This document shows positions 1 through 10,200 of a DNA stretch of 41,675 nt, one piece after another. Each line of letters opens with the position of its first letter. Position 1 is the first letter of the stretch. The stretch covers positions 1 to 41,675 of the forward strand of contig RFFQ01000011.1 of assembly GCA_003697105.1 (NCBI GenBank). The letters run 5' to 3'. Position numbers and translations under genes: made by a program. The notes under the pieces were generated by a model, which saw only the letters and a program-made list of their open reading frames with translations, did not search any database and was not told where the DNA came from. Origin of the DNA: Gemmatimonadota bacterium. GTDB lineage: Bacteria > 4572-55 > J002.

Positions 1-2811
1 TGCACAGAGGTTTCAATTTACGAACCGCAGAATAACTGGCTGGTAACGCCGGATGATGGTAATCAATTGGAAATTCGGGTCACGGATTACAACACCCATT
101 TACCACAGTTCACCGGCTTAAAATTCCAGTATCGACCCCTTTTACCGCTGCCCAATCGGGTGGAATCTGGTGATCAAGAGGCAAGTTTGCGAAGTGTTGA
201 TCCGGCGGAACGATCCACCGGATCCGTGAGTAAAGGGCAATCCAACGTGGAAAAATCGATTGCCCTCGCCCAAAAAGGACTTAATCGACCGGAAGAATTG
301 GGCGATCTGCGCTCCAACGACTGGATCAACATGGCGACGGTGCGAGATAACAACGGCAACACCTACACCGGCGGGATTATCCCCAAAGACAGCCTCAATG
401 CCGGTTACGATATTTTTTTCTGGCGTTTTACGGAAGCGGAAGTACCGGATGGTGCGTACGAAATCCGCGTGGTGTCGCAATGTACGGGCGATGCGCCGGA
501 TGGGTCATCAGCAATTTTGAAAGGCGTGATCACCCGCCATTCGCCGCAGGTGTTCGGGCTACCCGAACCGGCGGATCAGGTGCTGGATCGGGGCGACCTG
601 ATTTCGATCTGGTTTGATAAGCCGATTGTCTGCGACGAAAGCCAACTGGAACCACAGGAGAACATCAAAATTACTGATACCGTCACCGATGAGGTCATCC
701 GTCCGCCGCAGTTGGAGTGGACCTGCTACGAAAATCAGTTAATACTGAACATCCCGATGGCGAATAATTCCGCCTACGAGAATCACGTATTACGGGCGGA
801 AGTAGGCAATAATTTTGGGGTCAATCCACCGACCGGCATTCAGGATTATTACGGCAATGTCGGCATCTGGAATCCGGTGACAGAACAAGCAGATTCAGTG
901 GTCACGTGGGAATTTCTGGTCAACCGGAATCCGGTCTTTTGGGACAACACGGTGGTCAACGCCGTGTTGTATGAAGGCGAAGGATTGACTATCGAGCGGG
1001 AACTGATCAACATCGGGGCGTATGCGGTGGATTTTGAACTCACCTCGCCGATGCTTGCCTCACTAGGGTTGTACATCAGCCCCCTCAGTGGGACATTACA
1101 ACCGGGCAGTCAGCAGACGATTACGATGGTTATTCCTCCGGAAGTGACCTTTGGTGTGTACGAAAATACGCTGACCGCTGAAACCGCGCTCGGTGACGAA
1201 CCGCTCAATATCCGGCTACAAGTGCTTTGTCACGAACCGGATTTCAGCTTTGACCCCTACCAATACCAATATTCGATGGGCATCACCGCCGTGGTGGATA
1301 TTGACGGGACACGTTCGACCGATATTTACGACCGGGTGGTGGCGTTTGTTGGCGATGACATTCGCGGGTTGGGATCGGTGCAGTACTTCCCCACCTTGCC
1401 GGAGGAGAATCGATACCAAGTGGCATTGACGGTCTTCAGTTCCAGTTCCAGTGGGGAAACGGTCAGTTTTCATGTATGGGATGCCTCCACCTGTAGCGAA
1501 TTGGGGCAAGTGCTGGAAACATACACCTTTGAAACGGATCGGGTGTTTGGTACACCGACCGCCCCCGATACGCTGCGGGCGACCAACCAGTTTGTTAAAA
1601 TCATTCCGCTCCATCAGGGTTGGACGTGGTTTTCCCTGAATGTTGCCAATGATGATATGTCGGTTAATACGCTGCTAAATTCCCTCACCCCAACCAGTAA
1701 TGACGAGATCAAAAGTCACAGTTCATTTTCCCGCTATTTTGGTGATGATGATACCGAATGGGCTGGGTCACTCTCCAGCCTTTCCAACGACAAAATGTAC
1801 ATGATCAAACTCGCGCAGGCGGATACGCTGGAGGTCATCGGTTACGCCATTGACCCCGATACGACCCAGATCAACCTTGCCGCCGGCTGGAACTGGATCA
1901 GCTACACGCCGGCATTCCCCCTGCCAATTAACAACGCTCTGGCACCGATTAGCAACGCCGTCAGTGGAGATTTGATCAAAAGTCAGCTTTCCTACGCCCA
2001 ATATGTGGAGAGTTTGGGTTGGATTGGTAGCTTGGTCTTTATGGAGTCTGATTTTGGCTACCGGGTGAAAGTGCAAAATGCGCAGAACTTCACCTATCCC
2101 AGCGGGCAGGTAGCCCGGTTTGATGCACCGTTGGTGGAGATCCGCACCCGTTCCGCGGAGGAATTGCCCCCCACTTGGCAGGTTGACCCCAACCGATTTG
2201 AAGCGAGCATGACAATCACCCACACCCTGCATCAGGATCAGCTTGAGATCACGAATCAGGTGCAGGCGATTGCGGCATTTGTGGATGATGCGTGTCGCGG
2301 GGTTGCTTATCCGTCGTATATCCCGGCATTGGATGAAACCCGTTTCTTCCTGCTGGTTCATGGGGATGTTAAATCTACTCAAGCGGTGACGTTTCGTGCC
2401 TTAACTGATGAAACCCTCCTTGAAAGCCCAGAGAAAGTCCCTTTTATGGCGGATGCAATGCTGGGTACCGTCGATTTGCCTTACCGGATCGAACTCAACC
2501 GCGGGAAATTGCAAGTGGAAACCGATATTCCGACACACTACCACCTGAGTCAGAACCACCCCAATCCATTTAACCCGCGAACGACGATCCGCTATGCCCT
2601 ACCGCAACAATCGACCATTGATCTGGCGATTTACGACGTACAGGGGAAACGGGTAGCCACACTGGTCAATGCCGATCAACCGGCCGGGTATTATGATGTA
2701 TTGTGGGAAGGGTTGGACGATCAACAGCAACCGGTGGCTTCGGGTATCTATTTTTATCGCATCCACGCCGGAGATTTTGAACAGACCCGACAACTCGTCT
2801 TGCTCCGCTAA
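1..2811 (+). CDS. Large secreted multidomain protein, 5'-partial; Ig-like domains, two copies of a ~105-aa module, C-terminal T9SS type A/FlgD-Ig sorting domain
   Basis: Frame 1 is open from base 1 (CTEVSIYEPQNNWLV...), so the true start lies upstream. C-terminus LSQNHPNPFNPRTTIRYALP...IYDVQGKRVATLV...WEG...VASGIYFYRI is the typical T9SS/FlgD tail. Internal duplication LHQGWTWFS / LAAGWNWIS. Confidence 0.85.
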   Translation, partial: CTEVSIYEPQNNWLVTPDDGNQLEIRVTDYNTHLPQFTGLKFQYRPLLPLPNRVESGDQEASLRSVDPAERSTGSVSKGQSNVEKSIALAQKGLNRPEELGDLRSNDWINMATVRDNNGNTYTGGIIPKDSLNAGYDIFFWRFTEAEVPDGAYEIRVVSQCTGDAPDGSSAILKGVITRHSPQVFGLPEPADQVLDRGDLISIWFDKPIVCDESQLEPQENIKITDTVTDEVIRPPQLEWTCYENQLILNIPMANNSAYENHVLRAEVGNNFGVNPPTGIQDYYGNVGIWNPVTEQADSVVTWEFLVNRNPVFWDNTVVNAVLYEGEGLTIERELINIGAYAVDFELTSPMLASLGLYISPLSGTLQPGSQQTITMVIPPEVTFGVYENTLTAETALGDEPLNIRLQVLCHEPDFSFDPYQYQYSMGITAVVDIDGTRSTDIYDRVVAFVGDDIRGLGSVQYFPTLPEENRYQVALTVFSSSSSGETVSFHVWDASTCSELGQVLETYTFETDRVFGTPTAPDTLRATNQFVKIIPLHQGWTWFSLNVANDDMSVNTLLNSLTPTSNDEIKSHSSFSRYFGDDDTEWAGSLSSLSNDKMYMIKLAQADTLEVIGYAIDPDTTQINLAAGWNWISYTPAFPLPINNALAPISNAVSGDLIKSQLSYAQYVESLGWIGSLVFMESDFGYRVKVQNAQNFTYPSGQVARFDAPLVEIRTRSAEELPPTWQVDPNRFEASMTITHTLHQDQLEITNQVQAIAAFVDDACRGVAYPSYIPALDETRFFLLVHGDVKSTQAVTFRALTDETLLESPEKVPFMADAMLGTVDLPYRIELNRGKLQVETDIPTHYHLSQNHPNPFNPRTTIRYALPQQSTIDLAIYDVQGKRVATLVNADQPAGYYDVLWEGLDDQQQPVASGIYFYRIHAGDFEQTRQLVLLR

Positions 2812-2819
2812 CATGGGAA

Positions 2820-2866
2820 CCACGAAGGCTCGACGGAAACGGATTTGTACCTTCGAACCTTCGTGG
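2820..2866 (+). other. Intergenic stem-loop between the two giant genes
   Basis: CCACGAAGG-c-TCGA (2820-2833) pairs with TCGA-a-CCTTCGTGG (2853-2866); no U-tract follows. Confidence 0.65.
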
Positions 2867-2890
2867 GGGAAAACGAAAGGAAAGGCGATC

Positions 2891-5800
2891 ATGAAAACAA
2901 TCACTCTTTTTTGCGGGTTGTGGGTACTGTTGATGCCCTTCAGGGGGCTTGCCGCTCCCCCAGATTGGTCGGTGAGTGAGAATAGTTTTACCCGGCAAGC
3001 GAGCATGGTGGGCGAATTGTATCTGGATGAAGTGCCGCAAGGCAGTGATAATCTGGTGGCGGCATTTGTTGGGGGAGATGTACGAGGCGTTGCCGCGGCA
3101 GTTCCGGTGGGGAATCAGTGGCTCTACTTTATGACCCTTTACGCGAACACCAACGGCGAAACGATCACGTTTAAAGCCTATATCGACAGTCTGGATCAGG
3201 TAGTAACCATTGAAGAAACGGTGATTTTTACCGGCGGCGCGGAATATGGTGACCTCGCGGAACCCTTTTTGTGGCATGCTGGCGATCAATCGCCTCAGGT
3301 GGGCAATATCCCCGATCAAACCAGAGAAATCGGAAATGAATGGGTTGTAAATGCCGCAAATTTTGACCGGCAAACCAGCATTATCGGCGAACTTTATCTG
3401 AACGGAGTCGCCGAGGCAGATGGTAATAATCGTGTTGCGGCGGTTGTGGATGGAGAGATTCGAGGAACAGCACAAGCCGAGTTCTACATCGACCGGTGGC
3501 TCTTTTTTATGGATATTTACGCCAATACCGAAGGTGAAACCGTCACGTTCAAGGCGTATATCGCGGCGTTGGATCGGGTGGTGGCGATTAGCGAAACCAT
3601 CATTTTTGATTCTTCGACGGCTATCGGTGGCACATTTGACCCGTTTCTATGGCATGCCGACGATCAGGAACTACCGATTTTCGATTCCTTTGATCTGGAT
3701 GATTATCTGACCGAATTCGATGGTGATCCGGTGAATTGGAGCGTCTCCGGTCACACCGAACTTGTGGTGACCATCGACCCGGATAACATCGTGACCATTA
3801 ACCCACCCAATGCCTCTTGGTTGGGGAGTGAAACCCTCATTTTTACCGCTACGGACGGCACACCGGCGCAAAAATCGGATGCAGACACCGCGCAATTTTC
3901 CATCGTGCCGGTCGATCATCCCCCGCAGATCATGCAAATCCCACAGCAGCAAATCGGGCGATATGGGGAATTTGAGCCGATCCCACTGGATAATTATCTG
4001 ATCGAGGTGGATGGAGACAGTATTGACTGGAGCTATCAATTTATCCCCACGCCCAATCTCTATCCCCCGCCGAACTGGTCGATAAACCCCAATGACTTTA
4101 GCCTGACGATGAATATGATCATCCACGTGCAAGCACATGGGCGCGATGTCACCCCCAACGAGGGTCTGATTGGCGCGTTTGTGGGGGGTGAGGTGCGCGG
4201 GGTACAATTTGATATGGTCAATGGCGGTGAGGTGGGATGGCTCTATTTTTTGACCGTTTACGCCAATACAGAAGGCGAATTGGTGGAATTTCGGTTTTAT
4301 GATACGCCGGTAAATGATTCGCTACTCATCAATGATACGGTTATTTTTAACAGCAGTGAAACCTACGGCACCGTCGATGAACCGCTGGTCTTTACCGCCG
4401 GACATTTTTCGCTGACCATTGACGACCAAAATGTAGCAACGCTGAACGTCATCAACCCGGAATGGGCGGGGTTTGTGGGGCTGATGTTTTTTGCACAGGA
4501 TGTCGGCACCCTGCATGAATACCAAGCGGAGACCTTTTGGGGGTTCAATGTGGATTGGTTTTACGAACCCATCGTCTCGGACATCCCGAATCAGACCGTC
4601 GAGCAGGGCACTCCGTTTGCGGTAATTCCGCTAGATAATTACGTGCAAGAATTTGATGATGACCCCATCCTGTGGAGCGCTGAAGGCAACACGGATTTAC
4701 AGGTATCGATCAACGGGCAAAACGAAGCGACGATCACCCCGCCGGATACCAACTGGACGGGATCGGAGACGGTTCGATTCATTGCCACGGAAAACACATT
4801 TCTGAGGTATGCCGATGATGACGAAGCCACCTTTACCATCCTACCTCGCGACAACCCACCGCAAGTCACATCCATTGCGGATCAAACGATCATTGCTGAA
4901 ACGGATACGTTTAGCGTGTTCGATCTGGATGATCACCTGATTGAAATGGACAATGATACCGTGGTCTGGGCATTCCAGCCGCAAATTCAACCGCAGGGGG
5001 AACCGCTTCCTGACTGGGTGGTGAACGCGGGGAATTTTTCGTTCCGGCAGGATGTCACCATCCGGGTGGAATCGTTTGGGCGGACAACCGCCGGGGCAGG
5101 GCATCGGTTGGCGGCGTTCATCGGAGATGAAATTCGCGGGCTGGCGACACCTACCCGAAGTGGGCAGTTTGGATGGTTGTATTATCTCAGCGTGTATGCT
5201 AATCAGAGTGGGGAAACCGTCCATTTCCGTTTTTATGATGCTGAGGCGCAGACGGTTTTTCCGGTTGCAGATTCGATCTCATTTACCACCGGCATTTTGG
5301 GATCACCGACGGCTCCAGTGGAATTGCAGGCGGGAAATCTGGACATTTCCATTGATGATCAACATCGGGTGTACCTGAATCTCAGCGATCCGGATTGGCG
5401 GGGTGTGTTACCAATCCAATTCACCGCGCAGGATTCTGGCACTCTGCACGGATACCGCGACAGTACCCTCGCCACGTTTACTGTACTGGGTAACATGAAT
5501 TTTGTATCCAGCACCATTGATCAACCGGAGACAACCGCCGTGTACCGGCATCAGGCGGATCAGCTCATTGCCGCCATTCCGGTAGTGATGGCAGACACCG
5601 AAGCGCCGCTGAGTGTCACTCAATTTGATTTCAGCACGGGGGGTTCCACCGATCCGGCAACGGACATCGAGCATGCCCGACTGTATCACACCCTAACGGA
5701 TACCTTTTCCACCGATCACCTGTTCGGAGAATTTGAGTCACCGAATGGCAATTTCAGCATTACGGGGTCGGAGCAATTACAAGAGGGAATCAATTATTTT

Positions 5801-7132
5801 TGGTTGACCTACTCGATCCCCTCCGATGCGACACCGGGCAATATTGTCGATGCGGAATACACCGCTGTGACCATTGGCGGCAACTCGGAAACACCCCAAA
5901 CGACAAGTGTTGAGGGACGCCGTGAGGTGAGTCCGATACAAGCGACAACCCGTAGGGGCACATTGGCGGATGGACAGACCCAAATTTTTGAGATTGATGA
6001 CCAACCATCTGCCCAAACGCAGTGGAACCAGAGCAGTGGTACCTTACCGACGGATTTAGCGGTGTTTGTCGTGCCGGATCAGCCGTATAATTTTGAGGTC
6101 ATTAATGCCCTACCTCGTTACTGGATGTTTCATGCTACCGGCGGGTCGTCTGGCTGGCAGGCAGTTACGCGCTTGTACTATCCGGAAAGTGACCTAAATG
6201 GATTTGATGAGGAAACGCTGGCGATCTGGTCAACCGATGATGGCGGCTTGAGTTGGACGGAGGTCATCATCACCCAACGAAACACCACCGAAAACTGGCT
6301 GGAAGGGGATGTTTCTGCTTTTTCGGAATTTATCATTACGGATGGTAACGCCCCCACCCGACCCCAAATTGATGTTGATTCACTGGGAATTGAGCTATCC
6401 GTGAATTGGGATCAAAACGGGGTGGATACCTTGACGGTAACCAATTCCGGTGACGGTCCGTTGGTGTTTCAGATTTTTGAAGACATCGACTGGCTCGATC
6501 TGAGCCGTAGCGCAGATACCCTTGATCCCAGTCAGGCTGTGCCGATTCAGGTCATGGTCGATGCGACGCAACTATCCATCGGTACGCATCAGGATACATT
6601 GCACATCCATAGCAATGACCCGAACACCCCAACAGTGGAAGTTTCAATCTCGATCACAGTGACCACCCCAGAACTTCAGGTTGATGTTGATCATGTCAAC
6701 TTCGGAGCGCAGCGTCTCTACAGTCCGGTGGATACGACCATCACGATTACCAACACCGGGGATGGCATGCTAACCATGACTATTCAGGAGTTAGCCGGAA
6801 ATAACAGCAACCAATTCCAACTTGTCACCGGAGTAGAAACCGTTCTGTTAAATCCCAGTGAGTCGTATCCGATGACCCTTCGTTTTCTGCCGACGAGTGC
6901 GGGTGAAAAGCAGGCACAAATCACACTGGTAAGCAACGATCCCGAAGCGTCGGAGCAGGTAATTCATCTGATCGGTACCGGTACATACGATTTGACCGGT
7001 GACCTGATTTTAGATGATCGCGATCTTCAATTGCTGATGGATAATTGGGGAGATCCGGGGTACGACCTTACCGGAGATGGTAAAGTTACTGTTGAAGATA
7101 TTCAACTGTTAGTGACTCGCATCGCACCCTAA
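2891..7132 (+). CDS. Large secreted protein: 4x ~105-aa module, 4x cadherin/tandem-95-like Ig repeats, BNR-associated N-terminal-like domain, BACON/choice-of-anchor-D-like Ig domains, C-terminal dockerin-like EF-hand pair
   Basis: Start moved to ATG 2891 (purine-rich AAAGGAAAGG upstream; signal peptide MKTITLFCGLWVLLMPFRGLA). Repeats PQxxxIPDQT...LDDYL.E.D.D...WS; segment LQEGINYFWLTYSIPSDATPGNIVDA; tail YDLTGDLILDDRDL...YDLTGDGKVTVEDI. Confidence 0.85.
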   Translation: MKTITLFCGLWVLLMPFRGLAAPPDWSVSENSFTRQASMVGELYLDEVPQGSDNLVAAFVGGDVRGVAAAVPVGNQWLYFMTLYANTNGETITFKAYIDSLDQVVTIEETVIFTGGAEYGDLAEPFLWHAGDQSPQVGNIPDQTREIGNEWVVNAANFDRQTSIIGELYLNGVAEADGNNRVAAVVDGEIRGTAQAEFYIDRWLFFMDIYANTEGETVTFKAYIAALDRVVAISETIIFDSSTAIGGTFDPFLWHADDQELPIFDSFDLDDYLTEFDGDPVNWSVSGHTELVVTIDPDNIVTINPPNASWLGSETLIFTATDGTPAQKSDADTAQFSIVPVDHPPQIMQIPQQQIGRYGEFEPIPLDNYLIEVDGDSIDWSYQFIPTPNLYPPPNWSINPNDFSLTMNMIIHVQAHGRDVTPNEGLIGAFVGGEVRGVQFDMVNGGEVGWLYFLTVYANTEGELVEFRFYDTPVNDSLLINDTVIFNSSETYGTVDEPLVFTAGHFSLTIDDQNVATLNVINPEWAGFVGLMFFAQDVGTLHEYQAETFWGFNVDWFYEPIVSDIPNQTVEQGTPFAVIPLDNYVQEFDDDPILWSAEGNTDLQVSINGQNEATITPPDTNWTGSETVRFIATENTFLRYADDDEATFTILPRDNPPQVTSIADQTIIAETDTFSVFDLDDHLIEMDNDTVVWAFQPQIQPQGEPLPDWVVNAGNFSFRQDVTIRVESFGRTTAGAGHRLAAFIGDEIRGLATPTRSGQFGWLYYLSVYANQSGETVHFRFYDAEAQTVFPVADSISFTTGILGSPTAPVELQAGNLDISIDDQHRVYLNLSDPDWRGVLPIQFTAQDSGTLHGYRDSTLATFTVLGNMNFVSSTIDQPETTAVYRHQADQLIAAIPVVMADTEAPLSVTQFDFSTGGSTDPATDIEHARLYHTLTDTFSTDHLFGEFESPNGNFSITGSEQLQEGINYFWLTYSIPSDATPGNIVDAEYTAVTIGGNSETPQTTSVEGRREVSPIQATTRRGTLADGQTQIFEIDDQPSAQTQWNQSSGTLPTDLAVFVVPDQPYNFEVINALPRYWMFHATGGSSGWQAVTRLYYPESDLNGFDEETLAIWSTDDGGLSWTEVIITQRNTTENWLEGDVSAFSEFIITDGNAPTRPQIDVDSLGIELSVNWDQNGVDTLTVTNSGDGPLVFQIFEDIDWLDLSRSADTLDPSQAVPIQVMVDATQLSIGTHQDTLHIHSNDPNTPTVEVSISITVTTPELQVDVDHVNFGAQRLYSPVDTTITITNTGDGMLTMTIQELAGNNSNQFQLVTGVETVLLNPSESYPMTLRFLPTSAGEKQAQITLVSNDPEASEQVIHLIGTGTYDLTGDLILDDRDLQLLMDNWGDPGYDLTGDGKVTVEDIQLLVTRIAP

Positions 7133-7153
7133 AAATGTGTACCCGTTAGAAGT

Positions 7154-7207
7154 AGAGTCATTCATTTAACAGATAGACTCTTTACCGGCAAGAGGCATTG
7201 TGCCGGT
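7154..7207. terminator. Two weak hairpins between convergent genes
   Basis: AGAGTC...GACTCT (7154-7181) followed by TTT, and ACCGGCA...TGCCGGT (7184-7207). Confidence 0.35.
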
Positions 7208-10200
7208 CAATATTTAAATTTGAGCTTTACATCGGCGTTATATTCCCCTTTTTCATCGGTTTCGCCTTCCAGCGAGAGCCAGCGGTTGATGATGTAATCC
7301 ACTTTGAGGCGTTGTTCAGCGCTGGAGAGCAAATCGCGAGAGTAACTCACGAACAAATCTTGTTCTCCTACACGGAAAATTTTGCCAACGGTGACTCGCA
7401 CACTGCGTTCATCATCTTCGTCACTAAACAGGCGGGTTTCCAAATCAAATTGGTCTAATTGAGTGGCTTTCCGGGCTTCACTTGCCAGTAAGGATTCCAA
7501 AATTCCTTGAGCCGTAATCCGAATTTCATCCGAAAAAAACTGGTCGGTACCGAAGGTCTCCTCAAACTCTTCCCATGTCATGTTGGAGGCAAGGAGGGTT
7601 AAAATATCTTGTTCGGTTAGAGCACGTTCATCACAATAGAGTGTAATTTCTGGTTCCAGCACAGTACCAGTCATCTGAAAGCGGATGGTCAGGTCGTTCT
7701 CCCGCCGGCGCCCGCGCACAAGGATGCTCCCCTGCATTTCGATTTCAGGATTCAGGTCACTGGTGTTCGTGAAACGGAAATGCCCGGAATCAATGAAAAA
7801 TTGCTTGCCAAAAAAGGTATAATCTCCCCGCACGGACATCATCCCCCCCCGCACAAACATCTCCCCGTTGACTAGCCGGGCGCCAATTGCCCCAATATCG
7901 GGGTCCGTGGTTAATTGGATATTCGCCTGCCCATTGCGTAGCCAGAATCGTTGCCCCAGATCGACTTCCATATCGATTACAATCGGCGATTCCGCCGGTT
8001 CAGTAATCCGGTACGGTTCTTTTCCCACAACCACTCCAAAGGGTAAATAACTGACGCCTTCGATCACTTGGGTGGTACCTTCCACCAAAGGTTCCCAAAA
8101 TGTACCGATCAAACGCGCGTTAACATTCACTTTGCCTTTTAGGTAATATTCCGGCAGATGAATCTCTACTTGGGAGGCACGAGCCCTAAAATTAAGCTGG
8201 TCTGGTAGCCAATTTTTGAGGGTGGCTTCCCCGTTGCCACGCACCCTGCCGCCGCCCCACAACGCCTCTAATTTGGTCAAGATCACCCGGTCTCCCATAA
8301 AGCGAAAATCGGCGGTGAGGTTTGTAAACCGCTGGTGAAACGGATGGTACTCAAACGCACCATCATACAGCCGGATATGCCCATCGTAACGAGGACTCCC
8401 CACATAGCCGCCCACCAAAATAGAGCCATTGGCATAGCCTTGCTTGATGGTGATCTCCTGCGAAAGCACGTTGAACAAGGTGGGTAAAAGGTTGATCACC
8501 TCAATATCCATTTCAAATTGACGTTCCTGATGAAATCGATCCCGAACCGGCAGAAAAGCCAAGTCAACCGGCACGTACCCCCTCGCCTGAAGAAGGACGC
8601 TAGGGTCTTGGACACTGAACTGCCGGATATGGAAGGTGCGATCGGCATAATCAAATTTCCCCAATACCTGATTGAGATGCAGGGTATCTGCGCGGGTATC
8701 GGGGATGGGCAGGTCGAAGGATTCTAGGTAAAAAATCACATCAGACAACTGAAAATCGGGGATGGTAAATTCCGGCTGGGCGACCGTCCCGGCAAGATGA
8801 GCCGAAAAATCCAGATCGCCCTCTATCCGGTACGGAATGTCGGTTACCATGCGTCCCAGACGCCGGAGTTGCCGCAACCGAAAATCCGAGCACTGAAAAT
8901 CCGCCTGAAGTGCGGGGTCTGTCTGTAAAAACACCTGCCCGCTTCCGGAGAGTCGCCCCCCATTGATTCCCACTTCAAACGGCATTAGATCGATCTGCTC
9001 CCCATAGGTCACACAGACCTGCAACGGGGTGTGATTCTGGATGGTGAGCAATCGCTCTTCTGGTCTCTGAGAGAGAATCTTCAAGGAATCAACCCACGTT
9101 GTCCACTCCGTTTCCGTAAAATGGGATTCAACCCGGGCGATGACCTGATGGCGCACGTTGGGGAATGGCGCCCAGTGCACTCCCTGAGCTATCAGGGATG
9201 GAACATTGGCATAGGTTACATTTCCGGCGGCACGAATGGTCAAGGTATCGATGCTCACCCCCCTTGCCGGTAGGTGCAGATTATACACGCTACCACTGAC
9301 ATTGCCATCCATAAAGGTGAACAAATTCTGAATATCACAGCGACCTGCCGCCAGGTCCCAGGTGACCTGTCCGGAGGGTGTAGCGCCTGCTTGCAGGACA
9401 AATTCACCGTAAATCGCCGGGTCAAGGATGGATCCCCGCAGATGTCCCCACCCGGCGACCCGTCCTTGATAACCGTGCCAGCCGTACAAATCCATATATT
9501 GCCCCCAAGCGACATTTTCCCCCCAAAATCTCAGGTTGCAAGCATCGGGATCGGTCCCGATGGCACCGGAAGCCCACACTTCAGCATCTAGGGTTCGGGC
9601 ACGGTAGAGCGGCGCTTCTACCCGGTATTCGATCTGATTCCATACTTCCAACCGGATGCTGTCGGCTTGTGCTTCCGTTGCCCACAGTTTCCGCACCCGG
9701 CTACGATCCAGTTTAACACTTCCTTCCAGTTCCAGCCACCGTTCTGGAATGCCCCGTCCGGTCAGGCGTACCCAACCGGAAAGGTCACTTTCAAAATCCG
9801 GCGGGTTTCCCTCAAAAAAGCGTTGGGCGTTGGCGTGTTCCACATGAAGGGTAAAATCATAGCCGGGACCGTCAGGCACATTGGCATCCACGATAATGTC
9901 TCCCGTCACTGCGGCATCTTCCAACAATCCAGCGGTATGCCGTAAATAAGAGACCCGGTCTCGCAGTTCATAATCCGTCTGGAGCGCTTCGACTTCATAA
10001 CCGTACAGCATGCCCGTATCCACCAGCGTAAACGTCGCTTGAATATGAGGATTACTGGGGTAGCCTTGAATGGTACCCTGATCAAATGCAAGCGTACCGG
10101 TAATATCCCCCGGGTTACCAAACAGCGGGACAATTTCCGCCATAGAGACTTCACCGGCGTCGAGGTTGATATCGAGATAGGTATCCTCGCGGGCAATCAC

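Noticed and set aside
2669-2890. 74-aa N-terminal extension of the 1487-aa ORF
   Set aside because: Overlaps gene 1 and the hairpin; the signal peptide and RBS fit ATG 2891.
2666-3475. 269-aa antisense ORF and the many other 60-200-aa shadow ORFs
   Set aside because: Lie opposite or inside well-supported genes and show no recognisable motifs.
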